Below are positions 48,626 through 59,459 of a stretch of DNA of 64,000 nt, in pieces. The notes below the pieces were generated by a model. It saw nothing but the letters and a program-made list of their open reading frames with translations, was not told the origin of the DNA and made no database searches. The DNA is taken from positions 24,907-88,906 of the forward strand of contig CANQAY010000003.1 of NCBI GenBank assembly GCA_947589025.1, written 5' to 3'. Position 1 is the stretch's first letter, and each line of letters starts with the position of its first letter. Source of the DNA: an uncultured Clostridia bacterium. GTDB lineage: Bacteria > Bacillota > Clostridia > Christensenellales > UBA1242. The position numbers and the translations under genes were made by a program.

Positions 48626-49555
48626 ATGGAATTTAAACATATTTCAGTTTTAAAAAATGAAAGCATTTCAGGGCTTAACATTCGCCCTGATGGTGTTTAT
48701 GTGGATTGCACAACTGGTGGCGGTGGGCATTCGCTTGAAATTGCTAAAAAATTGACCACTGGCAAATTAATTTGCATTGACAAAGATACCGATGCACTTA
48801 AAAAGGCCAAACAAGTGCTAAAAGCTTATAGCAAAAATATAACTTTTGTTAACGATAATTTTGTTAATATAGATAACATTTTAACAACATTAAACATCGA
48901 TGCAGTTGATGGCATTTTGGCAGATTTAGGGGTTAGCAGCTATCAACTGGATGAAGGCTCGCGCGGGTTTAGTTTTAAACAAAATTTTAGGCTGGATATG
49001 CGCATGGATAAAAGCCAAAAATTAGATGCCGAATATGTTATTAATAATTATAGTGAAGAAGAGTTGGCCAAAATAATGTATCTTTATGGAGAAGAAAAAA
49101 ATGCTCGCCAAATTGCACGCAAAATTGTAAAATTAAGGCAAACAAAACCAATTGAAACCACTTTTGAATTGCGGGATATTGTAATATCTAGTTATCCGCC
49201 AAAATTTCAAAATAAGGCAAGTTTATGCAACAAAGTTTTTCAGGCAATTCGCATAGAGGTTAATAATGAACTTAACGATTTGCCCATTGCAGTTGAAAAA
49301 ATGTTGACTAAACTTAAAAAATGCGGTAGACTATGCATAATTTCTTTTCATCCACTGGAAGATAGAATTATAAAAAATGCTTTTAAGTTACATGCAACCG
49401 ATTGCATTTGCCCACCCAAAATTCCAAAATGTGTGTGCAATCATAAGGCGGATATCGTGTTAATAACCAAACATCCAATAGAGCCAAGCCAAAATGAAAT
49501 GATAAATAATTCGCGTTCGCAGTCTGCCAAATTAAGGATAGCAGAAAAGAAGTAA
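48626..49555 (+). CDS. rsmH: 16S rRNA (cytosine1402-N4)-methyltransferase RsmH/MraW
   Basis: HISVL, DCT.GGGGHS, DLGVSS.QLD, SFHPLEDR motifs. First gene of the dcw cluster. Confidence 0.95.
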   Translation: MEFKHISVLKNESISGLNIRPDGVYVDCTTGGGGHSLEIAKKLTTGKLICIDKDTDALKKAKQVLKAYSKNITFVNDNFVNIDNILTTLNIDAVDGILADLGVSSYQLDEGSRGFSFKQNFRLDMRMDKSQKLDAEYVINNYSEEELAKIMYLYGEEKNARQIARKIVKLRQTKPIETTFELRDIVISSYPPKFQNKASLCNKVFQAIRIEVNNELNDLPIAVEKMLTKLKKCGRLCIISFHPLEDRIIKNAFKLHATDCICPPKIPKCVCNHKADIVLITKHPIEPSQNEMINNSRSQSAKLRIAEKK

Positions 49556-49648
49556 TTTTTAAAAATTTTTAAAAAAAACTTAAAAAACATTAAAATTTGC
49601 TAAAAAAATTAAAAATTTTTAAAAAATTTTCACAAAAGGAGAACTTTT

Positions 49649-50164
49649 ATGGAAGAAGAAAACTTACAGCCAGAAGTTACAACAGAAACAAAAGTTGAAC
49701 AAAAAACAGAAGAAAGTTATGAAAATATGCCCAAGTTAGAAGATTTGTTAAAAAGTGAGCAAGAGTTAAAAACTTCTACCGAACTAAAAGGGCTAAAACA
49801 AGTTGATGACGAAACAGTAACCGAATATAAAACTTTTACGCGCAAATCGGATGAAAAAAAGGCCCTTGTTAAAAAGAGGCTAAAAATTTTAACAGGCGTT
49901 TATGTTGCAGTGCTTTCACTTTTGTTGCTTTTTGTTGGTGCCAATGCCATAACCTTAATTAACACAACGCGAGATGTTAATTCTTATACCACCACCATTA
50001 GGCATGAGGAGGGCGTGGTGCAAGGGTTGGAGCAGGGCTCAAACAATGTTGGCACGCCAGTTTACGATGTTCAACTTAATGAGCCAAGAGATTATAATGA
50101 CGATACTCGCGGGCTATCCTTTATGGACAAACTAATAATTTTATTTAGAAATTTGTTTGGATAA
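49649..50164 (+). CDS. FtsL/DivIC-position bitopic membrane protein (acidic N-terminus, single TM)
   Basis: Position between rsmH and the PBP gene; one TM (ILTGVYVAVLSLLLLFVGANAITLI). Sequence similarity to FtsL is not evident by eye. Confidence 0.45.
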   Translation: MEEENLQPEVTTETKVEQKTEESYENMPKLEDLLKSEQELKTSTELKGLKQVDDETVTEYKTFTRKSDEKKALVKKRLKILTGVYVAVLSLLLLFVGANAITLINTTRDVNSYTTTIRHEEGVVQGLEQGSNNVGTPVYDVQLNEPRDYNDDTRGLSFMDKLIILFRNLFG

Positions 50165-50228
50165 TGGGCAAAATGCCCATTTTTTGTTGCCATATTCTAA
50201 AAAAAACAAACAAAAAATATAATTTGTT

Positions 50229-52136
50229 ATGAAAAGATTTAAAACTTTTTATAACCTATATAACCTTCAAAGAAGATTTATTGCCGTTTTGCTTATAATA
50301 TTGACGCTTTTTTTAACTTTGCTAATGCGCATTTTTTATTTGCAAATTATTAACGGAAAGCACCTTCAACTTTTGGCATCGGAAGAATGGCTTAGAGATT
50401 TGCCACTATCTAGCAAACGAGGGGAAATTTTGGACACTAACGGCGTAAGTTTGGCAAGCACAGTAACAACCTATGATATTTACGTTAGGGCAAGGAATGT
50501 GGTTAAGCCGGTTGATTTAACCAACGCTTTATGTGAAAAATTAAACTTAAACTTTGATAAAACTTATAACAAAGTTACAAATAAAAGCCTAAGCGAAATA
50601 TTAATTAAAATGCAAGTTGATGAAAACATAGCCAAATCTTTAACCGAATATGCAGGCGTGTATCTATCTCAAAATGTGGCACGCGTTTATCCATATTCCA
50701 ACCTCGCAACTCAGGTGCTAGGATATTGCACAATAGATAACATTGGTCAAGCCGGGCTAGAACTTTATTATGATAAATATTTAAAGGGCATAGATGGCAA
50801 AAGTTTAACCCAAACCAATGCGCAGGGCAAAGAGATAGAAAATTCATTAAATTATTACATACCAAGTGTGCCGGGTGCAACCTTAAAAACCACCCTAGAT
50901 GCCCAAATGCAAGCCGTGTTAGAAAGTGAACTGATGTCCGCTTATAAAGAGCACAAAGCACTTGCTGTTTCTGGCATAATTTTGGATGCACAAACGGGCG
51001 GCATAAAGGCAATGAGCAATTTGCCAAGTTTTAATTTAAACGAAGTTCCGCGCGACGATATTGCATCCCTTCAACAAATGAGCAAAAACACCACAGTGGT
51101 TGATGTCTACGAGCCGGGCAGCACATTTAAATTAATAACACTTGCAGCCGCGTTAAACGAAGGTATTGTTAGTGAAAATGAGCATTTTTATTGCCCGGGC
51201 AGAATTACAGTGGACGGCGAAACAATAAAGTGTTGGAAATCCACCGGACATGGCAGCCAAACATTAACCGAAGCTTTTAAAAATAGTTGCAACTGCACCT
51301 TTGTAAATTTGGCTTTAAGGTTGGGCGTAAACAAATATTATGAATATTTAAAACTTTTTGGTTTGGGCGAAAAAACTGGTGTGGATATTTTTAGTGAAAG
51401 TAGCGGCATTATTATGCCAAAAGAGCAAGTAAGAACGGTGGATTTGGCGCGCATTGGTTTTGGGCACGCCGTGGCAGTAACTCAACTGCAACTCGCCAAT
51501 GTTTATGCAAAAATTACCACTGGCAAACAAACAACACCGCATCTATTAGATAGTTTAACAACTGAGGATAATAAAACTCTTTATTCTGCGTCTAACAGCT
51601 ATAAAAGCTTAAATTTAAAGCCAAGCACAATTGCCACCATTAATAATATGCTGGCAAACAACATAAACAGCGAAGGAAAGTTCACTTTTGTTTCGGGCTA
51701 TGACGTTGGCGGCAAAACGGGCACGGCACAAAAGTATGGCGAAAATGGGCAAATTGCACAAGGTAAATATATATCAAGTTTTGTGGCAACATATCCTGCA
51801 AGCAACCCAAACTATGTGCTTATTGTGTGCGTAAACGAGCCCAGTGCAGGCGCATATTATGGCGGTGTTGTTGCAAAACCAATAGGGCAAAAAACACTCT
51901 CGCGCATTTTCGAATTAAAATCAACTCCGCCAACCGATATTAGTCAACTATCTAACCAACCAACAATTGAAATGCCAATGGTGGAGGGCATGAGTTTGGC
52001 GCAAGCATCTGCACTGTTAAAAAGCTTGGGCTTAAATGTTATGTTTGATGGAGATGGTGAATATATTTTATTGCAACTTCCACCACAAAAAACAAAACTT
52101 TATTTAGGAGAAATTGTATATTTAATCACAAATTAA
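50229..52136 (+). CDS. class B penicillin-binding protein (FtsI/PBP2B/SpoVD-type) with a C-terminal PASTA domain
   Basis: N-terminal TM, STFK (GSTFKL), SxN (SCN), KTG (GGKTGTA), one PASTA-like C-terminal module. Confidence 0.92.
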   Translation: MKRFKTFYNLYNLQRRFIAVLLIILTLFLTLLMRIFYLQIINGKHLQLLASEEWLRDLPLSSKRGEILDTNGVSLASTVTTYDIYVRARNVVKPVDLTNALCEKLNLNFDKTYNKVTNKSLSEILIKMQVDENIAKSLTEYAGVYLSQNVARVYPYSNLATQVLGYCTIDNIGQAGLELYYDKYLKGIDGKSLTQTNAQGKEIENSLNYYIPSVPGATLKTTLDAQMQAVLESELMSAYKEHKALAVSGIILDAQTGGIKAMSNLPSFNLNEVPRDDIASLQQMSKNTTVVDVYEPGSTFKLITLAAALNEGIVSENEHFYCPGRITVDGETIKCWKSTGHGSQTLTEAFKNSCNCTFVNLALRLGVNKYYEYLKLFGLGEKTGVDIFSESSGIIMPKEQVRTVDLARIGFGHAVAVTQLQLANVYAKITTGKQTTPHLLDSLTTEDNKTLYSASNSYKSLNLKPSTIATINNMLANNINSEGKFTFVSGYDVGGKTGTAQKYGENGQIAQGKYISSFVATYPASNPNYVLIVCVNEPSAGAYYGGVVAKPIGQKTLSRIFELKSTPPTDISQLSNQPTIEMPMVEGMSLAQASALLKSLGLNVMFDGDGEYILLQLPPQKTKLYLGEIVYLITN

Positions 52137-52209
52137 AACATTTTGTCTATTTTTGTTGGCAAAGTCAATTACAAATTAACATGTGCTACATTACTAAAAA
52201 GGGGTGAAT

Positions 52210-53667
52210 ATGAAACTTTATGACCTTATTTCAAATTTAAAATTTGTGGGCATAAAAAATTATAAAGAAATCGAAATAGATTCATTATCTTTAAACAGCA
52301 AAGAAAAACTTGAAAACGGAATGTATTTTTGCATAAAAGGCATGAAAACTGATGGCCACAACTTTGCCGGCGAAAGCATAAAAAATGGTGCAATTTGTTT
52401 GGTGGTTGAAAGATTTTTAGATTTGCCCATAACACAAATTTTAGTGGAAAATGTTAGGGCAACAATGTCGTATATCAGTTCAGTTTTTTACGGCACTTAT
52501 AAATCTAAAATGAAATTCATTGGCATAACGGGCACAAATGGCAAAACCACCACCACCTTTTTAATGCGGGAAATTTTAACAAATTTGGGCAAAAAAGTTG
52601 GGCTAATAGGCACGGAAGGTGTGTACATCAACAACCTTTTGCTGCCGCCAATGTTAACCACGCCCGACCCAATAGTTTTGCATAAACTATTTTCGGAAAT
52701 GGAAAGCAACGGATGTGAATATTGCATAATGGAAGTTAGCGCGCACGCAATTGCACTTAATAAAATAGACAATGTTTATTTTGATGTTGTTGGCCTAACA
52801 AATATAACAAAGGACCATTTAGATTTTTTCTTAACTATGGAAAATTATATAAAATGCAAGGCAAGTTTGTTAAGTTATAAATATGCCAAAACTGGGGTTG
52901 TAAACACCGATGCAAAATATTTAAAAGAAATTGCCAAAAAAGCTAACATAGAAACAATTACATTGGGAAAAGATGGCGATGTAAAATTATTAGAAAATCA
53001 CCTAACATTAAAGGGCAGCAATTTTAAATTTAGCGTTAAAAACAAAACATATTCCGCCCACACTAATTTAATGGGGGAATACAACGTTTATAACTGCCTA
53101 ATGGCAATAATATGTTTAAACACACTAGGGTTTGAAATTCCAACAATATTATCCACTTTAAAAACTTCACCCGTTATAGTGCCGGGCAGATTCAATGTTT
53201 TAGAAATTAATGCCAATTTTAATGTGGTTATAGATTACGCCCACACGCCAGACGGCATTAAAAATGTGCTAACCACAATAAAATCTTTGCCAATAAAAAG
53301 GTTAATAACAGTGTTTGGTTGTGGCGGCAATAGAGATAAAACCAAACGCAGCGAAATGGGGCAAATTGCAGCTTTATTAAGCGATCAAGTTATTGTTACA
53401 AGCGATAATCCAAGAGATGAAAATCCGGATATGATTATAGATGACATTTTGCGCAACAACAACGCAAAAAACATGGTGCGAATAACAGATAGAAAGTCGG
53501 CCATAGAATATGCATTAAGCATAGCAGAAAAAAATGATATAGTTGCCATTTTGGGCAAAGGTGCCGAAAATTATCAAGAAATTCAAGGCGTTAAAGTTCA
53601 TTTTAGCGATTACGAAGTGGTGGATAACTATTTTAAATATTTTTCAAAGGGTAAAATTAAATTATGA
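52210..53667 (+). CDS. murE: UDP-MurNAc-L-Ala-D-Glu--2,6-diaminopimelate ligase
   Basis: GITGTNGKTTT P-loop and the DNPR motif (TSDNPRDENP), typical of meso-DAP-adding MurE. ATG at 52210 preferred over GTG at 52204. Confidence 0.93.
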   Translation: MKLYDLISNLKFVGIKNYKEIEIDSLSLNSKEKLENGMYFCIKGMKTDGHNFAGESIKNGAICLVVERFLDLPITQILVENVRATMSYISSVFYGTYKSKMKFIGITGTNGKTTTTFLMREILTNLGKKVGLIGTEGVYINNLLLPPMLTTPDPIVLHKLFSEMESNGCEYCIMEVSAHAIALNKIDNVYFDVVGLTNITKDHLDFFLTMENYIKCKASLLSYKYAKTGVVNTDAKYLKEIAKKANIETITLGKDGDVKLLENHLTLKGSNFKFSVKNKTYSAHTNLMGEYNVYNCLMAIICLNTLGFEIPTILSTLKTSPVIVPGRFNVLEINANFNVVIDYAHTPDGIKNVLTTIKSLPIKRLITVFGCGGNRDKTKRSEMGQIAALLSDQVIVTSDNPRDENPDMIIDDILRNNNAKNMVRITDRKSAIEYALSIAEKNDIVAILGKGAENYQEIQGVKVHFSDYEVVDNYFKYFSKGKIKL

Positions 53668-54662
53668 TTAAATTATTATTAGCATTTTTGTCCAGCTTTG
53701 CCCTTAGCTTAATTTTAATGCCTATAATAATAAAAATTTTTAAACGCAAAAAAGCGGGACAAACCATTTTAAATTATGTAGAGGAGCACAAGTCCAAAAA
53801 TGGCACTTTAACTATGGGCGGCGTGGTGTTTATGATAACCACACTAATTTTGGCATTTGTGTTTTTAAAATATGACACAACTTGGTTTTTAACTTTGCTT
53901 TTTAGTTTGTTTTTTGGCGTGCTAGGGTTTATGGACGATTATTTAAAAATTAAATATAAGCAAAACTTGGGGTTAAAACCCTATCAAAAAATAATAGGGC
54001 AGTTTGGTTTGTCGTTAATATTTGCAATTTTTATATATTTTTTTACAACCCAAGCAGGCAACATTTTTGTGCCATTTAACCTAACAACTTTAAATGCCAA
54101 ATATTTTATTATTCCGCTTATAATTTTGGTGCTTATTGCCACAACAAACAGCGTAAATTTAACCGATGGGCTAGACGGCTTGGCAGGGAGTGTTAGCTTA
54201 TATTATTTGGTGTTTTTTACAATAATTACATCAATTTTAGGCAACAAATTATATCTATCGGGAGAAACGGGCGCAATAATAACAAACATTCAAAACATAA
54301 ACATATTATCCATGCTGTTTGTTGGTTCAATTTTAGCTTTTTTGCTTTTTAACACAAACAAGGCAAGCATTTTTATGGGTGATGTTGGGTCTCTTTGCTT
54401 GGGCGGTTACATTGGTGCTTCCGCTTGCGCAGTTGGGTTAGAACTTATTTTGCCAATTTTAGGTTTTTGCTTTGTGTTCAGCGCAATTTCGGTTATTTTG
54501 CAAGTGGCGGTTTATAAATTAAAGCACAAGCGCATTTTTAAAATGGCGCCATTTCATCATCATTTGCAAATGTCCAATTTAAGCGAGCCCAAAATTGTTA
54601 TTATTTATTCCACAATTACGGTTATTTTGGGCGTTATATGCGTTATTTTTTACCTTTTGTAA
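53664..54662 (+). CDS. mraY: phospho-N-acetylmuramoyl-pentapeptide transferase
   Basis: 10-TM protein; FMDDYLKI, NSVNLTDGLDGLA, FMGDVGSL, PFHHHL motifs. Confidence 0.96.
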   Translation: MIKLLLAFLSSFALSLILMPIIIKIFKRKKAGQTILNYVEEHKSKNGTLTMGGVVFMITTLILAFVFLKYDTTWFLTLLFSLFFGVLGFMDDYLKIKYKQNLGLKPYQKIIGQFGLSLIFAIFIYFFTTQAGNIFVPFNLTTLNAKYFIIPLIILVLIATTNSVNLTDGLDGLAGSVSLYYLVFFTIITSILGNKLYLSGETGAIITNIQNINILSMLFVGSILAFLLFNTNKASIFMGDVGSLCLGGYIGASACAVGLELILPILGFCFVFSAISVILQVAVYKLKHKRIFKMAPFHHHLQMSNLSEPKIVIIYSTITVILGVICVIFYLL

Positions 54663-54701
54663 TTATTTAGTTTTTTAAAAAATAAAATTTGTAGGTGCAA
54701 A

Positions 54702-56012
54702 ATGAAATTTAAAAATAAAAACGTGTTAGTTTATGGATTATCCGTTTCTGGAGAGTGGGCAAGCAAATTGCTTTTAAAATTAAAAGCCAATGTTTTTTTG
54801 TATGACGACAACAAAGAAAAATTAAAAACAAAGCCAATTCAATCATGCTATTTAATAAATGAATTAAATGAAAATATAATAACCCAGTTCGATTATATTG
54901 TTTTATCACCTTCAATAGAAAAGGACAACCCATTTGTGCAAATTGCCAAACAAAACAACATAAAAATTTTTAGTGAGCTTGAATTTGCATCGCTTTTTTG
55001 CAAAAAACTGGTGGCGGTAACGGGCACAAATGGCAAAACAACCACCGTTCAACTCATAACCGCCTTATTAAACAAAAAACATAAAGCAGTGGCGTGTGGC
55101 AATATTGGAGAACCACTATCCAAAACTGTTCTGCGCAACAAAAGATATATTAAAGTGGCGGAAGTTAGCAGCTTTATGCTAGAAAATGCCAGCCTGTTTC
55201 ACCCACACGTGGCAACAATTTTAAACATAGAGCCCGATCACCTTGTACGCCATAAAACGATGGATGAATACACAAAACTAAAATATAACATTTTTGCAAA
55301 TTTGCAAGCCAACGATTATGCTGTTGTAAATTTAGATAACAACATTCGCCCACAAAACGATTGTTTAACAGTTACATATTCTTGTGAAAAAATTGCCGAT
55401 ATATTTTTAAAAAACAACGCAATATACATTCATCAACACAAAATTGTAAATCTTAACGAGTTAAAAATAAAGGGCAAACACAACATTTACAACATAATGT
55501 GCGCACTTGCTTATGCCTATTTATACAATGTTAAAATTAGCGACATGCAAGATGTGCTGCGCAATTTTAGTTTAGATAAATTTAGAATGCAATACATTAA
55601 AACAATTAACGAAATAAATTTTATTAACGATAGTAAATCTACAAATATTGCCGCCACTTTGGCGTGTGCAGAATCAGTTAAAGGGGCAATAATTTTGCTT
55701 TTGGGCGGTTCTAAAAAAGGGCTAGATTTTTCCAAATTATTTTCAAAATTAACAAAGCGTGTTAAATTAATTTGCGCCTATGGAGAAATTAAAGACGATT
55801 TATTTAATGCAAACAACAACAAATTTAAATTAATAAAATGCAACAATTTAACCGAAGCATTTAACATTGCCGTAAAAAATGCTTTGCCTAACGATAGTGT
55901 GGTGCTTTCTCCCGCCACGGCTAGTTACGATCAATTTGCAAATTACATAGAACGAGGGCAGGCATTTAACAAAAAGGTGGCGGAATATGAAAGTGAAGTT
56001 GCAAAAGGATAG
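54702..56012 (+). CDS. murD: UDP-MurNAc-L-alanine--D-glutamate ligase
   Basis: N-terminal Rossmann (VLVYGLSVSG), VTGTNGKTTT, DSKSTN motifs. Confidence 0.93.
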   Translation: MKFKNKNVLVYGLSVSGEWASKLLLKLKANVFLYDDNKEKLKTKPIQSCYLINELNENIITQFDYIVLSPSIEKDNPFVQIAKQNNIKIFSELEFASLFCKKLVAVTGTNGKTTTVQLITALLNKKHKAVACGNIGEPLSKTVLRNKRYIKVAEVSSFMLENASLFHPHVATILNIEPDHLVRHKTMDEYTKLKYNIFANLQANDYAVVNLDNNIRPQNDCLTVTYSCEKIADIFLKNNAIYIHQHKIVNLNELKIKGKHNIYNIMCALAYAYLYNVKISDMQDVLRNFSLDKFRMQYIKTINEINFINDSKSTNIAATLACAESVKGAIILLLGGSKKGLDFSKLFSKLTKRVKLICAYGEIKDDLFNANNNKFKLIKCNNLTEAFNIAVKNALPNDSVVLSPATASYDQFANYIERGQAFNKKVAEYESEVAKG

Positions 56013-57111
56013 CATAATTATTATAGTTTGCACTGTTCTGCTTGCCGTTTTTGGCTGCATAATGGTGTATAGCGCCAGCAAATATTCTGCCAACGTAAAT
56101 TATGGCAATCAGTTCTTTTACCTTAAAAAACAAATTTTGGGCGTTGTTATTGGTGCGGCAGGTTTAATAGCGTGTTATTTTATTAATCATAAAATTTTTA
56201 AAAAGTTTTATTGGATTTTTTATTTTGTTGGCATAATATTTTTGGTGTTGGTTTTTGTGCCCGGGCTGGGCAAAACAAGTTATGGCGCCACAAGGTGGAT
56301 AGGCTTTGGCAGTTTTACAATTCAACCTAGTGAAATTGCAAAATTTTGCTTAGTTTTCTTTTTGGCTGGATATTTATGCGATGGAGATAAATTATCTAAC
56401 TTTAAGCACATTTTAATAACATTAACACTTGGTGGCATATATTGTGTGTTAATTATGCTAGAGCCGAATATGTCAATAACCATGTGTGTGGCATTCACTT
56501 TAATTTTTATGCTGTTTATTGGCGGGTTAAGGTTGAAAGTTTTTGGGCTGTTAATAATTCCTGCCATTGCATTAATTTTGCTGCTTATTTTAATGGAGCC
56601 ATATAGGTTAAGCCGCATTGTGGCATTTTTGGACCCATGGAAAAATCCATTAGACGAAGGCTATCAACTTATTCAGTCGCTTTACGCCATAGGCAGCGGT
56701 GGTGTTTGGGGTGTTGGCTTGTTTAACAGCCGGCAAGCTGAACTTTTTTTGCCATTTAGCGAAAGTGATTTTATTTTTTCCATAATAGCGGAAGAATTGG
56801 GCTTTGTTGGATGCACATTGCTTGTGATAGTGTTTGTTGTGTTAATTGTTTCAATTTTTAAAGTGGGCATGCGCGCAAACAACAAGTTTTCCGCCTTCCT
56901 TTGCTTTGGCATTGGGGCAATAATAAGCATTCAAGTTATTTTAAACATTGCAGTTGTTTCCGGCTCAATTCCGCCAACAGGGTTGCCTCTTCCATTTATA
57001 AGTGCGGGCAGCACCTCGCTTTTTGTGTTTATGTCGGCAATTGGGGTGGTGCTAAATGTTAATAGGCAAACTAAAAAAGAAAGCGAACGCCCACTAAACG
57101 CCAAAAATTAA
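55987..57111 (+). CDS. ftsW: SEDS family peptidoglycan polymerase FtsW/SpoVE
   Basis: 10 TM; QPSE.AK, PDFIFS-like (SESDFIFSIIAEELG), LPLPFISAGSTS motifs. Confidence 0.92.
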   Translation: MKVKLQKDSIIIIVCTVLLAVFGCIMVYSASKYSANVNYGNQFFYLKKQILGVVIGAAGLIACYFINHKIFKKFYWIFYFVGIIFLVLVFVPGLGKTSYGATRWIGFGSFTIQPSEIAKFCLVFFLAGYLCDGDKLSNFKHILITLTLGGIYCVLIMLEPNMSITMCVAFTLIFMLFIGGLRLKVFGLLIIPAIALILLLILMEPYRLSRIVAFLDPWKNPLDEGYQLIQSLYAIGSGGVWGVGLFNSRQAELFLPFSESDFIFSIIAEELGFVGCTLLVIVFVVLIVSIFKVGMRANNKFSAFLCFGIGAIISIQVILNIAVVSGSIPPTGLPLPFISAGSTSLFVFMSAIGVVLNVNRQTKKESERPLNAKN

Positions 57112-57131
57112 CTTTTTTCATATACTGATAT

Positions 57132-58400
57132 ATGAAATACAAAAAACAAGATAAATTTATTATTAATGGCGGCAACAAACTTTTTGGCGAAATTTCAATT
57201 CAAAGTTCAAAAAATGCAAGCTTACCATTGTTGTCTGCCTGTTTGCTTACAACCGAAAAGGTAACATTACAAAATTTGCCAGACATTTTGGATATTCATA
57301 ATATGCTTTCAATAATGCGCAAACTGGGCGTTAAAATTAAAAAAGAAGGCAACAACCATCAAATTGACAGCCTAAACGCCTCATGCAAACAAATTGATTG
57401 CAAGCTTTCCAAAACAATGCGCTCGTCATTGTTCTTTCTTGGTTCAATGCTATCTCGATTTAAATCGGCCATGTTAACAATGCCGGGCGGATGCAAAATT
57501 GGAGAACGTCCGATAGATATGCATATTTCATCATTTAAAAAACTTAATGTAAAAATTGATTATTTTAACGACTATATTTATTTTGACGCCCAACACGCCA
57601 AACCAAATAAAATAAAATTAAAAATACCAAGCGTTGGGGCAACTGAAAATATTTTGCAATTTGCCTGTTTGCTTAAAGGCAAAACCACAATAATAAACCC
57701 TGCAAAAGAACCAGAGGTGGTGGATCTTGCCAATTTTTTAAATTCTATGGGTGCAAAAATTTTAGGCGCCGGCACAAACAAAATTACAATATATGGTGTA
57801 AATAGCTTGCATGGTGTGGCATATACGCCAATTGGAGATAGAATAGTTGCAGGCACAATAATGGTTGCTGTGGCAATGTGCGGGGGCAAAGTTATAATAA
57901 AAAATGGGGTGCCTGAACAAAATGCAAAATTAATTGAAATATTATCAAAATTAGGTTGTAAAATAAAAATTAAATATGATATAATAGAACTGTCGAAGGA
58001 TGATGCATTATTGCCAATTGGTAAAATTGAAACTGCTTATTACCCCGGCTTTCCAACCGATTTGCAGTCGGTTATGTTAGCATTAAGCACCATAACGGCT
58101 GGCAAAACAAGAATAATAGAAAATATTTTTGAAAACCGCTTTTTAACAGTTAAAGAGTTAAAAAAGATGGGCGCCAATATTAATTGCGTTTCTTCAAATG
58201 AAATTGAAGTTGTTGGCGTAACGCATTTGCACCCAGCAACTGTTGTGGCGGAAGATTTGCGCGGAGGCGCAAGCTTGGTGTTGGCTGCCTTAGCAACAAA
58301 GGGGCAAACAGTGGTTAAAAATGCTCATTTTATTGATAGGGGATATGACCATTTTGAAGATGTGTTAACCCAATTGAATTTAAACATAAGAAGACAATGA
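57132..58400 (+). CDS. murA: UDP-N-acetylglucosamine 1-carboxyvinyltransferase
   Basis: SKNASLPLL, active-site GGCKIGERPID (Cys present), DLRGGASLVLAAL. Confidence 0.95.
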   Translation: MKYKKQDKFIINGGNKLFGEISIQSSKNASLPLLSACLLTTEKVTLQNLPDILDIHNMLSIMRKLGVKIKKEGNNHQIDSLNASCKQIDCKLSKTMRSSLFFLGSMLSRFKSAMLTMPGGCKIGERPIDMHISSFKKLNVKIDYFNDYIYFDAQHAKPNKIKLKIPSVGATENILQFACLLKGKTTIINPAKEPEVVDLANFLNSMGAKILGAGTNKITIYGVNSLHGVAYTPIGDRIVAGTIMVAVAMCGGKVIIKNGVPEQNAKLIEILSKLGCKIKIKYDIIELSKDDALLPIGKIETAYYPGFPTDLQSVMLALSTITAGKTRIIENIFENRFLTVKELKKMGANINCVSSNEIEVVGVTHLHPATVVAEDLRGGASLVLAALATKGQTVVKNAHFIDRGYDHFEDVLTQLNLNIRRQ

Positions 58401-59287
58401 CAAAAAAACAAATAATATTAATTTCCACATTAAGTGTGTTAACAGCAATAGTTTTGGTGTTAACCATTTTGTTTGCAGCTGTTTTTTGCTTAAGGCATGT
58501 TGAGGTTGCCTTTATTTCCGAGCAGGACAAGCAAGAAATGCTTTCGCTTTATGAAGATTTTAACGATCAAACAATTATTGATTTAGCAAATTTAAATGTA
58601 GGCAAATCTATATTTACTCAAAACACTCAGCAGGCACAAGATAATATTGAAAGTTATAAAAATAACCCTTACATTAAAGTAACCCGCATAACCGCCAAAA
58701 ACATAAACACTTTTCAAATAAGGCTTGCCGTAAGGCACGAAATGTTTAGTTACAATTATTTAAGCAAATATTATGTTTTGGATGACCAATTAAAGGTTTT
58801 AAGGGTGGAAACTGAAAAGCCAGAAGGCCTTATAGAAATTAATCCAACCCAAACTAACGAAGTTAGCAAAATAGAAACTGTTACAAACATTTTAAATGTC
58901 ACAAACGAAACGGATGTGTGCAACTTCTTGGCAAGGGGCTATTATCAATCTATTTTTACAAATTTATATTCTTCAATGTATTCAACTGTGGTAATTGAAG
59001 ATGGCGAAACCGCTAATTATGTTGATTATAAAAACATCAATTCGGTTATAAAAGATGTGTCGTTTACAATGGGTTATTCGTATGAAAAATTAATTTTAAA
59101 CGTAACATTACCTCAAGCAAATTTTACAATTGAAATTGGCAAACCAAATAGCAATTTGCAACACAAAATTAATTCTTGTTTTAGTTTGGCAAATAATTTA
59201 ATAAAAGAGGGCAAATCAATTCAAACAATTCGTTACTATTTTAATGGCAACGGCGGCGATGTGCTTGATTATGTTGAAACTACATAA
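58397..59287 (+). CDS. FtsQ/DivIB-position bitopic protein
   Basis: N-terminal TM plus an extracytoplasmic domain, between murA and ftsA. A POTRA-like start (VEVAFISEQD) is only weakly recognisable. Confidence 0.5.
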   Translation: MTKKQIILISTLSVLTAIVLVLTILFAAVFCLRHVEVAFISEQDKQEMLSLYEDFNDQTIIDLANLNVGKSIFTQNTQQAQDNIESYKNNPYIKVTRITAKNINTFQIRLAVRHEMFSYNYLSKYYVLDDQLKVLRVETEKPEGLIEINPTQTNEVSKIETVTNILNVTNETDVCNFLARGYYQSIFTNLYSSMYSTVVIEDGETANYVDYKNINSVIKDVSFTMGYSYEKLILNVTLPQANFTIEIGKPNSNLQHKINSCFSLANNLIKEGKSIQTIRYYFNGNGGDVLDYVETT

Positions 59288-59406
59288 TTATGCAAATTTC
59301 TTTCATTAAATAGTGTATTTTAAAATGTGTCACTACCACATGTTGTGTCAATTAAAAATTTTTATTAAAATTTTTTAATAAATCAAATAATAGCATATAA
59401 AATTAT

Positions 59407-59435
59407 TTGACATATTTTTTTGTTTTTTCTATAAT
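59407..59435 (+). promoter_or_regulatory. sigma-A type promoter upstream of ftsA-ftsZ
   Basis: TTGACA (59407-59412), 17-nt spacer, TATAAT (59430-59435). Confidence 0.7.
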
Positions 59436-59459
59436 AAAACAAATAATCTTGGGGGAAAT

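Noticed and set aside
49556-49648. Repeated AAAAATTTTTAAAAAA-type tracts upstream of the FtsL-position gene (similar tracts at 9590..9677). I considered these as a repeat array or CRISPR-like feature.
   Set aside because: This is pure A/T low-complexity sequence with irregular spacing. There is no conserved repeat unit and no spacers. It is most simply phased A-tract (curved) promoter DNA.
59290-59360. TGTGTCA direct repeat and ATGTG/CACAT inverted repeat upstream of the ftsA promoter. I considered these as Spo0A boxes or an operator.
   Set aside because: They are short (5-7 nt), match the 0A box TGNCGAA only partially, and are easily expected by chance in 170 nt.
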